Origin: a virus
Taxonomy: Duplodnaviria > Caudoviricetes
Length of the DNA stretch: 64,000 nt
Virus record (IMG/VR): IMGVR_UViG_3300033072_000208
Span: 7,536 to 71,535 of that record
Reading direction: 5' to 3' (one strand)
Positions 8,558-16,135 of the stretch are shown piece by piece. Within the stretch, counting starts at the first letter, position 1, and every line of letters begins with the position of its first letter. Position numbers and translations under genes: made by a program. The notes under the pieces were generated by a model, which was not told the DNA's origin, made no database searches, and saw only the letters and a program-made list of their open reading frames with translations.

Positions 8558-8700
8558 TGGTTACAAAGAAGATCACTCACCGTCACCGGGGATGCCGTTA
8601 GAGTCTGGTTTCATCAGCATGGGCCTTTTCCTAGGTATGTGTTCCAGAGGGCGCCTTGGCAACACAATTCCTATCCCACTCTAGTGATCTTCTCTGTAAC
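8558..8700 (-). ncRNA. candidate structured small RNA within the tRNA array
   Basis: 18-bp terminal stem GTTACAGAGAAGATCACT/AGTGATCTTCTTTGTAAC (one G-U pair), internal hairpins, 3' end reads ...GTAACCA. Confidence 0.55.
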
Positions 8701-8709
8701 TCTCAAAGT

Positions 8710-8886
8710 TCAGTCATAATAGTTGCCTTTTGGTACAATGTCAATAACTTCTTCACCAGATGCAATCTTTTGTTTAGCCTTGTGACGGTATTTACGTTCG
8801 TCGTATTTCTTCATAAACTGCCCATGCTTTGTTCTTTTACCAAATGTGCAATGACGGCATGAACAGGATTTAGGGGTTGCTTTCAT
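8710..8886 (-). CDS. hypothetical 58-aa basic protein (CSCRHC)
   Basis: Hand translation MKATPKSCSCRHCTFGKRTKHGQFMKKYDERKYRHKAKQKIASGEEVIDIVPKGNYYD; ATGA overlap with the upstream gene. Confidence 0.55.
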   Translation of the reverse strand: MKATPKSCSCRHCTFGKRTKHGQFMKKYDERKYRHKAKQKIASGEEVIDIVPKGNYYD

Positions 8887-9248
8887 TTACTTCTCAACCT
8901 CAAGCTATAAATAAGAGGTAACACCAGCAACAAAAGACTGCTCGGCTCAGGCACTGTATTTACCACAGGGTGTTCCGTATAGAAATCAGGGATAACCTCA
9001 CAATCCTTTCCAAGCCCAACACAGGGAGGGATATTCACCCATTTATACTGAATAAATGTGTTATCTGTGATTTCCGGCCTAACAGTGTATGCCGCGCTGT
9101 ATTCCACCCTATCTTCTGAAAGGATGACCAGAAATAGAATGAGCCACAGAACAAATACAAATCCGACGCTACACAGGAACAACTTCAGTGCAAACCTATG
9201 GTTGCTTCTAAGCACCTTCATAACTATCCTCGGCAATGTATGCTGCAC
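8883..9248 (-). CDS. PEP-CTERM sorting-domain protein
   Basis: C-terminus NTVPEPSS-LLLLVLPLIYSL-RLRSK = VPEP + TM helix + basic tail; N-terminal hydrophobic segment. Confidence 0.8.
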   Translation of the reverse strand: MQHTLPRIVMKVLRSNHRFALKLFLCSVGFVFVLWLILFLVILSEDRVEYSAAYTVRPEITDNTFIQYKWVNIPPCVGLGKDCEVIPDFYTEHPVVNTVPEPSSLLLLVLPLIYSLRLRSK

Positions 9249-9270
9249 AGAGTCAGTATTACTATAAATC

Positions 9271-9355
9271 TGGTACGGGTAAAGGGACTCGAACCCTTAC
9301 GCCATATGGCGACAGATTTTAAGTCTGTTGTGACTACCAATTCCACCATACCCGC
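9271..9355 (-). tRNA. tRNA-Leu(UAA)
   Basis: GCGGGTA/TACCCGT; ACAGA-CTTAAAA-TCTGT; long V-arm; TTCGA; CCA. Confidence 0.92.
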
Positions 9356-9360
9356 ATTAC

Positions 9361-9434
9361 TGGTGCTCCCAGTCTGAATCGAACAGACGATATTGGGTTA
9401 CAAAGCCAAGGTTATACCACTTAACTATAGGAGC
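9361..9434 (-). tRNA. tRNA-Thr(UGU)
   Basis: GCTCCTA/TGGGAGC; loop TT-TGT-AA; TTCGA; CCA. Confidence 0.85.
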
Positions 9435-9503
9435 AAAATAAAGTTATTGGGCTTGGGGTTTAACCACAAATGATTATTCCTTTCCACTCTCCAATAACTT
9501 AAT

Positions 9504-9596
9504 TGGTGGGTGCCCTTGGATTCGAACCAAGAACGTTTACCACGAGGGGACGGATTTACAGTCCGCCGATGCACACGCCATAGCATCAAGACACCC
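9504..9596 (-). tRNA. tRNA-Tyr(GUA)
   Basis: GGGTGTC/GGCACCC; GCGGA-CTGTAAA-TCCGT; long V-arm; TTCGA; CCA. Confidence 0.9.
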
Positions 9597-9606
9597 ATTT
9601 AAAACT

Positions 9607-9694
9607 TGGCGGGAGAGGTGAGATTCGAACTCACGGGGGATTTCTCCCCGACGATTTTCAAGACCGCTGCCTTAAACCACTCAGCCACTCTCCC
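9607..9694 (-). tRNA. tRNA-Ser(UGA)
   Basis: GGGAGAG/CTCTCCC; GCGGT-CTTGAAA-ATCGT; long V-arm; TTCGA; CCA. Confidence 0.92.
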
Positions 9695-9701
9695 TTTGTT
9701 C

Positions 9702-9745
9702 TGGCTCCTGAGCTTGGGATCACTACCGATTGAGCCATTCCGGCA
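9702..9745 (-). pseudogene. internally deleted tRNA remnant
   Basis: 5'-half-like TGCCGGAATGGCTCAATCGGTAG joined directly to 3'-end-like GATCCCAAGCTCAGGAGCCA; no anticodon arm. Confidence 0.45.
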
Positions 9746-9759
9746 ATAAAATCCGACCT

Positions 9760-9966
9760 CTACTCATCCACCAAATCTAAACAACTTTCTGTCATGCAAA
9801 TCGCCAGATGAGTTGCTGTCGGCTCGTCTAGCAAAACGATGTAAAAATCTGTTACGTCTACAACCGACGTTCCTTGGATTGTCCCGAGTGCCCCTTCTAG
9901 GGGATCGCCACCAACGCGGCGAATTACTACTCGGTCACGCAGTTTAAAGTTTTTCTTCGCAATCAT
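9760..9966 (-). CDS. hypothetical protein (SH3-like pattern)
   Basis: ORF track; KLRDRVVIR...GALGTIQG...YIVLLD. Confidence 0.55.
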   Translation of the reverse strand: MIAKKNFKLRDRVVIRRVGGDPLEGALGTIQGTSVVDVTDFYIVLLDEPTATHLAICMTESCLDLVDE

Positions 9967-9988
9967 TTTATCGATTCCCCAGTTGAAA

Positions 9989-10022
9989 TGGATGCGGGCG
10001 AAAGAGTCTAACTTTCTCTCAT
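9989..10022 (-). tRNA. 3' half of a split tRNA(CAU): T-arm, acceptor strand and CCA
   Basis: GAAAG-TTAGACT-CTTTC GCCCGCA T CCA; the acceptor strand pairs with TGCGGGT at 10528-10534. Confidence 0.72.
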
Positions 10023-10481
10023 CTACCCACTTGTTCTTTTAACAAAAGCTTCTAGATAATTCCTAATAGTGTCTAACTTTGGTATAACGGTTATTGGGTC
10101 ATCGCCTAACATACCTATAGCAGTGTTGCAGTTTCTACACAATAATCCTCTCACGACTTGTGTTTTGTGACAGTGATCTACACATATGTTTTCTTTAGAA
10201 CCACAAACCTGACAAGCAGGATCTTCAGAGTTGAATAGTTCGGCTACCTCTTCATAACTAACTCCAAGCCCCCAAGCCTTTACCCTTAGCGGATTAGACT
10301 TCTTATAATTTTTTACAGATTCCAAATGTTTAGATGTGTTTTTAGGATACCACACGGTACGAACATATAAATTATGACAAGATTTGCACTTACTTGAGTG
10401 TCCATCTTTCGCCGCTGTCTTTTTGCTAAAGGCGCTATAAGGAAGAACCTTATCACAAGAACTGCAAACCTTTTCTTCCAC
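10023..10481 (-). CDS. zinc-finger + endonuclease VII-type HNH homing endonuclease, inserted in a tRNA gene
   Basis: Start reassigned to GTG after RBS GGAGG; CSSC..PYSAF.K...CKSC; CQVC...VDHCHKTQVVRGLLCRNCNTAIG. Confidence 0.85.
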   Translation of the reverse strand: MEEKVCSSCDKVLPYSAFSKKTAAKDGHSSKCKSCHNLYVRTVWYPKNTSKHLESVKNYKKSNPLRVKAWGLGVSYEEVAELFNSEDPACQVCGSKENICVDHCHKTQVVRGLLCRNCNTAIGMLGDDPITVIPKLDTIRNYLEAFVKRTSG

Positions 10482-10495
10482 AACATCCCCTCCGA

Positions 10496-10534
10496 CTGGC
10501 TTATGAGGCCGGTGTCTAACCACTAGAACCCGCA
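10496..10534 (-). tRNA. 5' half of a split tRNA(CAU) (Met or Ile2)
   Basis: TGCGGGT, short D-arm TCTA-GTGGT-TAGA, anticodon arm CCGGC-CTCATAA-GCCAG (one C-A mismatch). Confidence 0.72.
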
Positions 10535-10551
10535 ATAACTTACAAATCTCA

Positions 10552-10627
10552 TGGAGCGGAGTGTCGGACTCGAACCGACGACAATCTGATTGGAAATCAG
10601 GAATTCTACCAACTGAACTAACCCCGC
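10552..10627 (-). tRNA. tRNA-Gly(UCC)
   Basis: GCGGGGT/ACTCCGC; loop TT-TCC-AA; TTCGA; discriminator U; CCA. Confidence 0.92.
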
Positions 10628-10639
10628 AGTGTGAAACAC

Positions 10640-10668
10640 ATCCTACATCATTTTTAAAGTCTTGTCAA
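10640..10668 (-). promoter_or_regulatory. sigma70-like promoter inside the tRNA array
   Basis: TTGACA-17nt-TAGGAT. Confidence 0.65.
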
Positions 10669-10682
10669 GCATTATTTAGACA

Positions 10683-10753
10683 TGGTGGCCGGGGATTCGA
10701 ACCCTCTCCTCCCTCCTTATGAGGGTGTTCTGGCCTATAAAACTTCACCACCA
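10683..10753 (-). pseudogene. degenerate tRNA-like element, probable CAU anticodon
   Basis: TGGTGGT/GCCACCA acceptor; GGG-TTCGAAT-CCC; contains CTCATAA but the anticodon and T stems are imperfect; no CCA. Confidence 0.5.
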
Positions 10754-10758
10754 TGCTC

Positions 10759-11086
10759 ACTAGGCGTGCTATCACGCCAAAGGGAACTTCGACCTTACCG
10801 TCTCCGGGGTGTCTCCGTACTTACCATGTGGCTCATGCGCAACTCGTTCTCAGGGAAGCTATCCCGTTGCTTCGGCGGGTAGCGAATCCGCCTTGCTGTA
10901 ACCAATGGCCGGTGAGGTATCCGTTCAGCGGGACTCAGCCACCGAACTACCCATTCTCCGTTTACTTTCCTTACCACGGCACTATTGAACTTTCCAGCAG
11001 ATTGATGCCCTTCTCTGCTGTACAACGTCACTACATGCACTTGTCCCACTCATTAAAGATGGCTGCCTTTGAGCCAACTACCTAGC
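10759..11086 (-). ncRNA. candidate ~330-nt structured RNA at the head of the tRNA operon
   Basis: GC-rich; no RBS-led ORF; closing stem GCTAGGT/GCCTAGT; multiple hairpins; lies between a promoter and the first tRNA-like element. Confidence 0.5.
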
Positions 11087-11121
11087 GATAAAACTACCAC
11101 CACTTCTCAACTCATAACTAC

Positions 11122-11150
11122 ATTGTAGAGCATACTGCGCAGATTGTCAA
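11122..11150 (-). promoter_or_regulatory. sigma70-like promoter of the ncRNA/tRNA operon
   Basis: TTGACA-17nt-TACAAT. Confidence 0.75.
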
Positions 11151-11158
11151 GCGTTTTA

Positions 11159-13486
11159 TTAATGACACTGCCCCCAATTTAGGCCAGGAACCCACTCGAA
11201 ACCAAGTTCCACGTTAAGGTGTAGGAACCTGTTTGCCTGTTTGATGCCCGCCTCAATCGCCTCAACTGGCGCGGTCTTATAGCCGATGTATGGTCCCTTG
11301 CTGCCATGTCCAATAGCACTGCAACCATCGACCAAAGCAGCCCTTGCTTCATCCTCTGTTTTGAAAGCCTTCACCTTCATGAGAGAAGGATGGACAGCAA
11401 ACTGTTGTTCGTCGTGCATGTGAATCATAAACCACACCTTCGGTTGATCCTTAGAGTGCTTTAGAGGATCACCAAGAAGGTTACGATCTTCTAACCATTT
11501 TGCAAGATACACAGCAGACCACTTTGCGCTAATAGCCCCACCAGACTGAAACAGCACATTGATTAGTGAGTGCTTTGACCGTGTGTTAAGAAGACGACCA
11601 TCCAAACCTCGGATATGCTTTTTACCATAAGACTCCCACTCTTGTTCAACAGATTCTTTAAGTTCTTTCAGTGCTGGCACAGCCTCCCAATACTCATTGA
11701 AAAGGCGCTTGCCTTCGGCTTCTGTGATGCCTAGCATCTTAGCTAACTTCTTAGGCTGTGCTCCGTAAATGGCTGCATATGAAAATGATTTTGCTGCACT
11801 TCGATCAATACCAAGTTTCTTTGCATTGATACTGTGAATATCGTTCGGCTTTTCAGCCACAAGTGCTTCAGCAAGAGATTTACCATCTTTATATGGGATG
11901 ACGTAATGCCCCATAATACGGGCCTCAAGGCTGGCAAAATCGTAGCCTAGCTGCCACAAACCATCTCCACTGCCAAACAATCCACGCATGTTCTCCCCAT
12001 ACAGTGATGTAACACGAGGGATGTTGCACACAATACGGTGTCTATATCGCCCTGTGTTGGCTCCAAGTGTGTCAGCAGGCGTTGGGATACGTCCATCGCT
12101 ACGAACGACGCTTAGAAAGCCTGTGACTGGTTCTCCATCTTCATCAACAACACCACCAGCAATAGAGTTCTTACGGTGACGGTAGGTGTAGTAATGAACA
12201 ACATCCTTCACAAAAGCAGCTCTCTCGCCAAGAGCAACAAGATTCGGGCAGATTTCCTTTTCAACACCAACGGTAAGTTTAGGTGTTGTCGGAAGGAAAA
12301 TAGGTTTTTGTGCTTGCATCTTGTGGTATTTCATTTGTGGCTTTGTTTCTTCAAGTTTAGCTAGGAGGTATTTTTTAAGATTTTTTTCGGTAGTTCCAAG
12401 ATGCTCAAGCCGGAGATTCTTGAATACAGAGTTCAGTGTTTGATCTACATACCTGTCAATGCTCTCCTTGATTTTATCTACACTCTTAATTGTTTTGTCA
12501 GTATTCTTTGTAATGTCACGTTCTTTAATCTCTGTCGGAACCCATCCCAAACTCAGCAGGTATGCCTTAACTGTGTCAATGTCCTCAATAGTCGCATCTT
12601 CTTCGTCAAGAAGTGGCTGCTCATAATCAATTGGAAAACGATTACCTTGAAACACAACATCAGCGCCATCCAGTGTAGCACCAACCTTCTCAAGCCACTT
12701 AGAAAACACGGCACTCACATCGCCATCTTTCTTAAACTTGATTTTTGGCATAACGTAGAACGATGCAGCGCCTTTGGTCATCTTCTTCTTAGGTAGAAGC
12801 GGATTAACACTGGCCGCAATGCGACTCATGTTGTTAGTAAGATCTTCAACACAGAGTTTAGCAAGGTCTGTATCAAACTTAAAACCAAACAATTCTTGTT
12901 TTAGTGTAAGGTCAGCAAGTTTCAACTCCATGCTGTACGGAACAGACCAATCGTGGTTGCCCTGCTCGTTAAGCAGTTCTTTGTAAATGTCAGCATTAAC
13001 CGCTGTATCTTGAATACAGTAATCAAGCATTTCTTGACTGAATGCAGACCAATCTGAAAAATCGCCCTTATAATTTCCAAGGCGCTTACCCCATGCCTCA
13101 AGGCTATGCCCACCAAAACGATCAGCATTAAGAAGTTTAGACCAAAGAAGCGTGTCTGTGATCTTCACAGGTCGCCCAAACACTTCAGCAACACAATCCG
13201 CACCGGGATAATTGATCGTGTAGTCAAAAACACCATAAAGCTGTAGCACAGGTAAGTCGAATGCAACCAAGTTATGCCCTACAAGTTCGGTGCATTTACG
13301 AAGGGCGTGCTTCATATTGTCGTAAGTAATTTCATCGCCAACAAGCGTCTTGACAGCTTGGCTATCAATGTGGCGAATAACAACACAATGGACTTTATAA
13401 TCTGGCTTGATTTTGTACGGCATCTCGTTGTAGTTGAGAGCGTTTTGCAACAAGTTGGATGATTCGATGTCAATAACAAACCGCAT
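11159..13486 (-). CDS. family A DNA polymerase with 3'-5' exonuclease (T7 gp5-like)
   Basis: Exo DIESS, GHNLVAFD, YCIQD; Pol YDFASLEAR, RSAAKSFSYAAIYG, HMHDE; start reassigned to MRFVID using RBS GGAGG. Confidence 0.95.
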   Translation of the reverse strand: MRFVIDIESSNLLQNALNYNEMPYKIKPDYKVHCVVIRHIDSQAVKTLVGDEITYDNMKHALRKCTELVGHNLVAFDLPVLQLYGVFDYTINYPGADCVAEVFGRPVKITDTLLWSKLLNADRFGGHSLEAWGKRLGNYKGDFSDWSAFSQEMLDYCIQDTAVNADIYKELLNEQGNHDWSVPYSMELKLADLTLKQELFGFKFDTDLAKLCVEDLTNNMSRIAASVNPLLPKKKMTKGAASFYVMPKIKFKKDGDVSAVFSKWLEKVGATLDGADVVFQGNRFPIDYEQPLLDEEDATIEDIDTVKAYLLSLGWVPTEIKERDITKNTDKTIKSVDKIKESIDRYVDQTLNSVFKNLRLEHLGTTEKNLKKYLLAKLEETKPQMKYHKMQAQKPIFLPTTPKLTVGVEKEICPNLVALGERAAFVKDVVHYYTYRHRKNSIAGGVVDEDGEPVTGFLSVVRSDGRIPTPADTLGANTGRYRHRIVCNIPRVTSLYGENMRGLFGSGDGLWQLGYDFASLEARIMGHYVIPYKDGKSLAEALVAEKPNDIHSINAKKLGIDRSAAKSFSYAAIYGAQPKKLAKMLGITEAEGKRLFNEYWEAVPALKELKESVEQEWESYGKKHIRGLDGRLLNTRSKHSLINVLFQSGGAISAKWSAVYLAKWLEDRNLLGDPLKHSKDQPKVWFMIHMHDEQQFAVHPSLMKVKAFKTEDEARAALVDGCSAIGHGSKGPYIGYKTAPVEAIEAGIKQANRFLHLNVELGFEWVPGLNWGQCH

Positions 13487-13557
13487 AACTGCCTCCATAA
13501 GTAAGGCTACTATCCTACCAAAAAGAAACGGGGCTGTAAAGCCCCGCATGGCGGTGT

Positions 13558-15225
13558 TCAAAAACTAACGTCCTGATCTGGGTCTTCCATCAGGATCACC
13601 TCCCAACTTTCGTCATCAATCTTGAAAGAGTCCGCCACACCAAGATAACCCCAAGGGCGGTTCTTCAGAACAGTAAGCCTCACACGCCCACGAGAGCGAT
13701 CAGGCATAATCTCAGGCTCAAGACCGAGGATCACGAACGACAACTGTTCAAGAGCAGCACTACCACGCATCATTTCCTTTGTCACCTGCACCCAATACGG
13801 CTTAGGTTCTTCGCCCTCTTTGACCTTCGGTGCCTTAAATTGATCTGCCGCTGTGCGGTTGATGTGTGACACTGCAATGATGCAAACATCATTGGCTGCA
13901 CAAAAAGCAGCAAGTTCCGTCATAACAATATCAAGCTCCTTGCGTTCATCCTTCACCATTGACCCTGAAATAACAAGGCTTAGGTGATCTAGAATGATGA
14001 ATCGACAGCCTTCAACAAGGTGCATGTGCTTGATTTTTGCCATCAACTCTGAAACAGGGAGGCTTCCGAAGTGAGAGAGCATCACAAGTTTGTCATTATC
14101 CACAATTTCTCGGTAACAGCGCTCAATATCTTCACGCTTTGCAACATTCAAAGGGTTGTTCTTAAACTCAAGGTAATTAACCTTTAGTTTTGATGCAATC
14201 AGGCGCTGGATAGTCTCCTTATTTGTCTCTTCAAGATAGATCATCCCGAGTTTCTCACCATGCTCCATAAATGCAGATGCAAAAATAGAAGTCACTGTTG
14301 ATTTGCCAACACCACTTGGACTTGTAAGCAAAACAAGTTCAGATGCACGGAATCCATGAAGTTTTTCCATCAGCCTAGGGAAGCAATTAACATAAATACC
14401 TTCTGGCCGTGGAGTGATGAGGTCATCAAAATCAATATCAACGGCTTTTACAATCTTCTCGGAAGAGTACGCACGACGACCAAACTGCACCAGTTTTGAT
14501 AGATCGTTTGAACGTCCTGCCTGAAGGAAGTCACTAGCGTCCTTAAAACCCTCTTCAGGCGTTACAGTAAAAAGTCTGATACTACTACCCACCAAAGCAT
14601 TTGCAACGGCCTCACGAGCCTCATGACCCTTCAGAATCCCCTTACGGAGTTCAGCAGGGGTGCAGTGGTCATCATCAAAGAAAATAGTAAGTGCGTCGTG
14701 AGATAGGACATAAGGCTCATTATGTAGAATAGCTTCTACAGCGTTTGCTGTGCCCATTGGGATTGACACGACAAGTGGCTCAACATTCTCAAACTTGGTG
14801 CCTTTATAGGCATCCACAATAGATTGATAAACACTGATACAGTCCCACTGACCCTCCGTGATCGTCAAGTTGCTACGCTTGCGGTTGGCTTTCTCCGCCA
14901 CAGATTGCCCAAAAAGTTTATTGCCAATAGACACACTGCCAATTGCAGACCAGTGCCCACGCTCGTCCTTCCCTTTTGTAAGGTCTTGTTTCATGTAGCC
15001 AACAACCTTCCCCTTTTGATTGTGTGAGGGGAAATACACTGCAACAGGGGTTTTACCGTCTTGAGGGCTTAGGGCAACCTTAACACCAAACTTTTCAAGT
15101 GTCTCCTTACGGACACCACGGTCAGGAACATCAAATGCTTTCAGTGTTTCAACATCTTGAATTTTTTCTTTTTGTTCAAAATTAGCATCATTGCTCATCA
15201 TTTTTGCCTTTTTAAAATATGACAT
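13558..15225 (-). CDS. primase-helicase (TOPRIM + DnaB-like SF4)
   Basis: ITEGQWD and FFDDD (TOPRIM); SPSGVGKST Walker A; IILDHL; VSHI; RGS; LKNR. Confidence 0.92.
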   Translation of the reverse strand: MSYFKKAKMMSNDANFEQKEKIQDVETLKAFDVPDRGVRKETLEKFGVKVALSPQDGKTPVAVYFPSHNQKGKVVGYMKQDLTKGKDERGHWSAIGSVSIGNKLFGQSVAEKANRKRSNLTITEGQWDCISVYQSIVDAYKGTKFENVEPLVVSIPMGTANAVEAILHNEPYVLSHDALTIFFDDDHCTPAELRKGILKGHEAREAVANALVGSSIRLFTVTPEEGFKDASDFLQAGRSNDLSKLVQFGRRAYSSEKIVKAVDIDFDDLITPRPEGIYVNCFPRLMEKLHGFRASELVLLTSPSGVGKSTVTSIFASAFMEHGEKLGMIYLEETNKETIQRLIASKLKVNYLEFKNNPLNVAKREDIERCYREIVDNDKLVMLSHFGSLPVSELMAKIKHMHLVEGCRFIILDHLSLVISGSMVKDERKELDIVMTELAAFCAANDVCIIAVSHINRTAADQFKAPKVKEGEEPKPYWVQVTKEMMRGSAALEQLSFVILGLEPEIMPDRSRGRVRLTVLKNRPWGYLGVADSFKIDDESWEVILMEDPDQDVSF

Positions 15226-15301
15226 TTCTTCCTCTGCTGTTTTTATATTGCCCTTATTTGCCGCAGGTATCGGTGCCGTACAACGTCTCCGTATTTATTA
15301 A

Positions 15302-15520
15302 TCATGCAATGTCCTTATCTTCTTCTGGAAGAAGATAATCATACTCCTCTCGCTGATCTTTTGCAATCACTTTCGACATACGCCACTTGCCAATATCTTC
15401 GTCAAAGACGACAGACAGCGGCTCATGAACTTCTTTAAAAAGCTCCATACGAAGATCGTGCCATGATTCAAATTCCATCACAAGAACATGCCCAACTCGT
15501 GAAATAACAGGCTTACTCAT
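15302..15520 (-). CDS. hypothetical protein
   Basis: ORF track. Confidence 0.55.
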   Translation of the reverse strand: MSKPVISRVGHVLVMEFESWHDLRMELFKEVHEPLSVVFDEDIGKWRMSKVIAKDQREEYDYLLPEEDKDIA

Positions 15521-15927
15521 TTAGTCTTATCTCCTGTGAATTCAGACCACTGCCTACCTGTGTTGTATTCATACCTAGCACGCTTAATTGCTAGTGCCAA
15601 ATCCTCACCATTCCTAACACCTTCCATATCAACCTTGTAAGTGTTCTCTGCAAACCAGTGATACAAGAAGGGTGTGCTACCAAGACAGTGATTCCAAAAC
15701 AACTCAAAATCTTCGTCCGATGTGTATGGACGTACTGTAGCCAGTTGTGAAATTCTTACCTGCCTACTCTTACCATTAAGAGAAACAAAAGCATACTCCC
15801 CTTCAACTTTAAGGAGTACATGCTGTGAAGGAAGATCATCGTTCCATTTCACCCACAGCGTGTCACCAATTTGTGGAATGAAATCTAACACTTTCTTCAT
15901 TTGAGATTTAAAATCCTCAATATCCAT
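15517..15927 (-). CDS. hypothetical protein
   Basis: ORF track; start reassigned to MDIEDF using RBS GGAG. Confidence 0.55.
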   Translation of the reverse strand: MDIEDFKSQMKKVLDFIPQIGDTLWVKWNDDLPSQHVLLKVEGEYAFVSLNGKSRQVRISQLATVRPYTSDEDFELFWNHCLGSTPFLYHWFAENTYKVDMEGVRNGEDLALAIKRARYEYNTGRQWSEFTGDKTK

Positions 15928-16117
15928 AATAATCTCCTTCCAAGTAGTCGTGGATTTCCTGAAGGGCTTCATGATCATCTTCTTCTTGTTGAAGAATGCG
16001 CTTCATCGGCTTCTCTTCTCGTTTTGTGTGAATAACCCCAATACGAGGCTTCTTTCGCTGAGTCTTGCCGAAGAAGGCGATTAGATCGTCGGTATTGCTT
16101 GTGCGTTTGTTACGCAT
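15917..16117 (-). CDS. hypothetical protein
   Basis: ORF track. Confidence 0.55.
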   Translation of the reverse strand: MRNKRTSNTDDLIAFFGKTQRKKPRIGVIHTKREEKPMKRILQQEEDDHEALQEIHDYLEGDYYGY

Positions 16118-16135
16118 TACTTAGTTCCTATTAAG

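Noticed and set aside
8558-8700. Hammerhead ribozyme (CTGATGA on the - strand)
   Set aside because: No stem II-GAAA-stem III-UH arrangement can be built around it.
9271-9694. Suppressor tRNAs or genetic code reassignment (TAA and TGA triplets)
   Set aside because: These are anticodons that read Leu UUA and Ser UCA; core genes are intact in the standard code.
10023-10495. Group I/II intron in the tRNA
   Set aside because: The insert is nearly all RBS + ORF, with only ~14 nt before and 6 nt after; there is no space for a ribozyme core.
10753-11085. ORFs 10753-11085(+), 10795-11049(-) and 10682-10882(+)
   Set aside because: No RBS, Arg/Pro/Ser-rich low-plausibility sequence, and they overlap structured RNA and tRNA-like elements.
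10759-11086. RNase P RNA or tmRNA
   Set aside because: Only partial look-alikes (AGGAAAGT, CGGTAAGG); it lacks the GAGGAAAGUCC/P4 elements and the tRNA-like ends of tmRNA.
11159-13486. Intein or intron in the DNA polymerase or terminase
   Set aside because: Lengths and motif spacing are ordinary, with no C...HN intein ends or interruptions.
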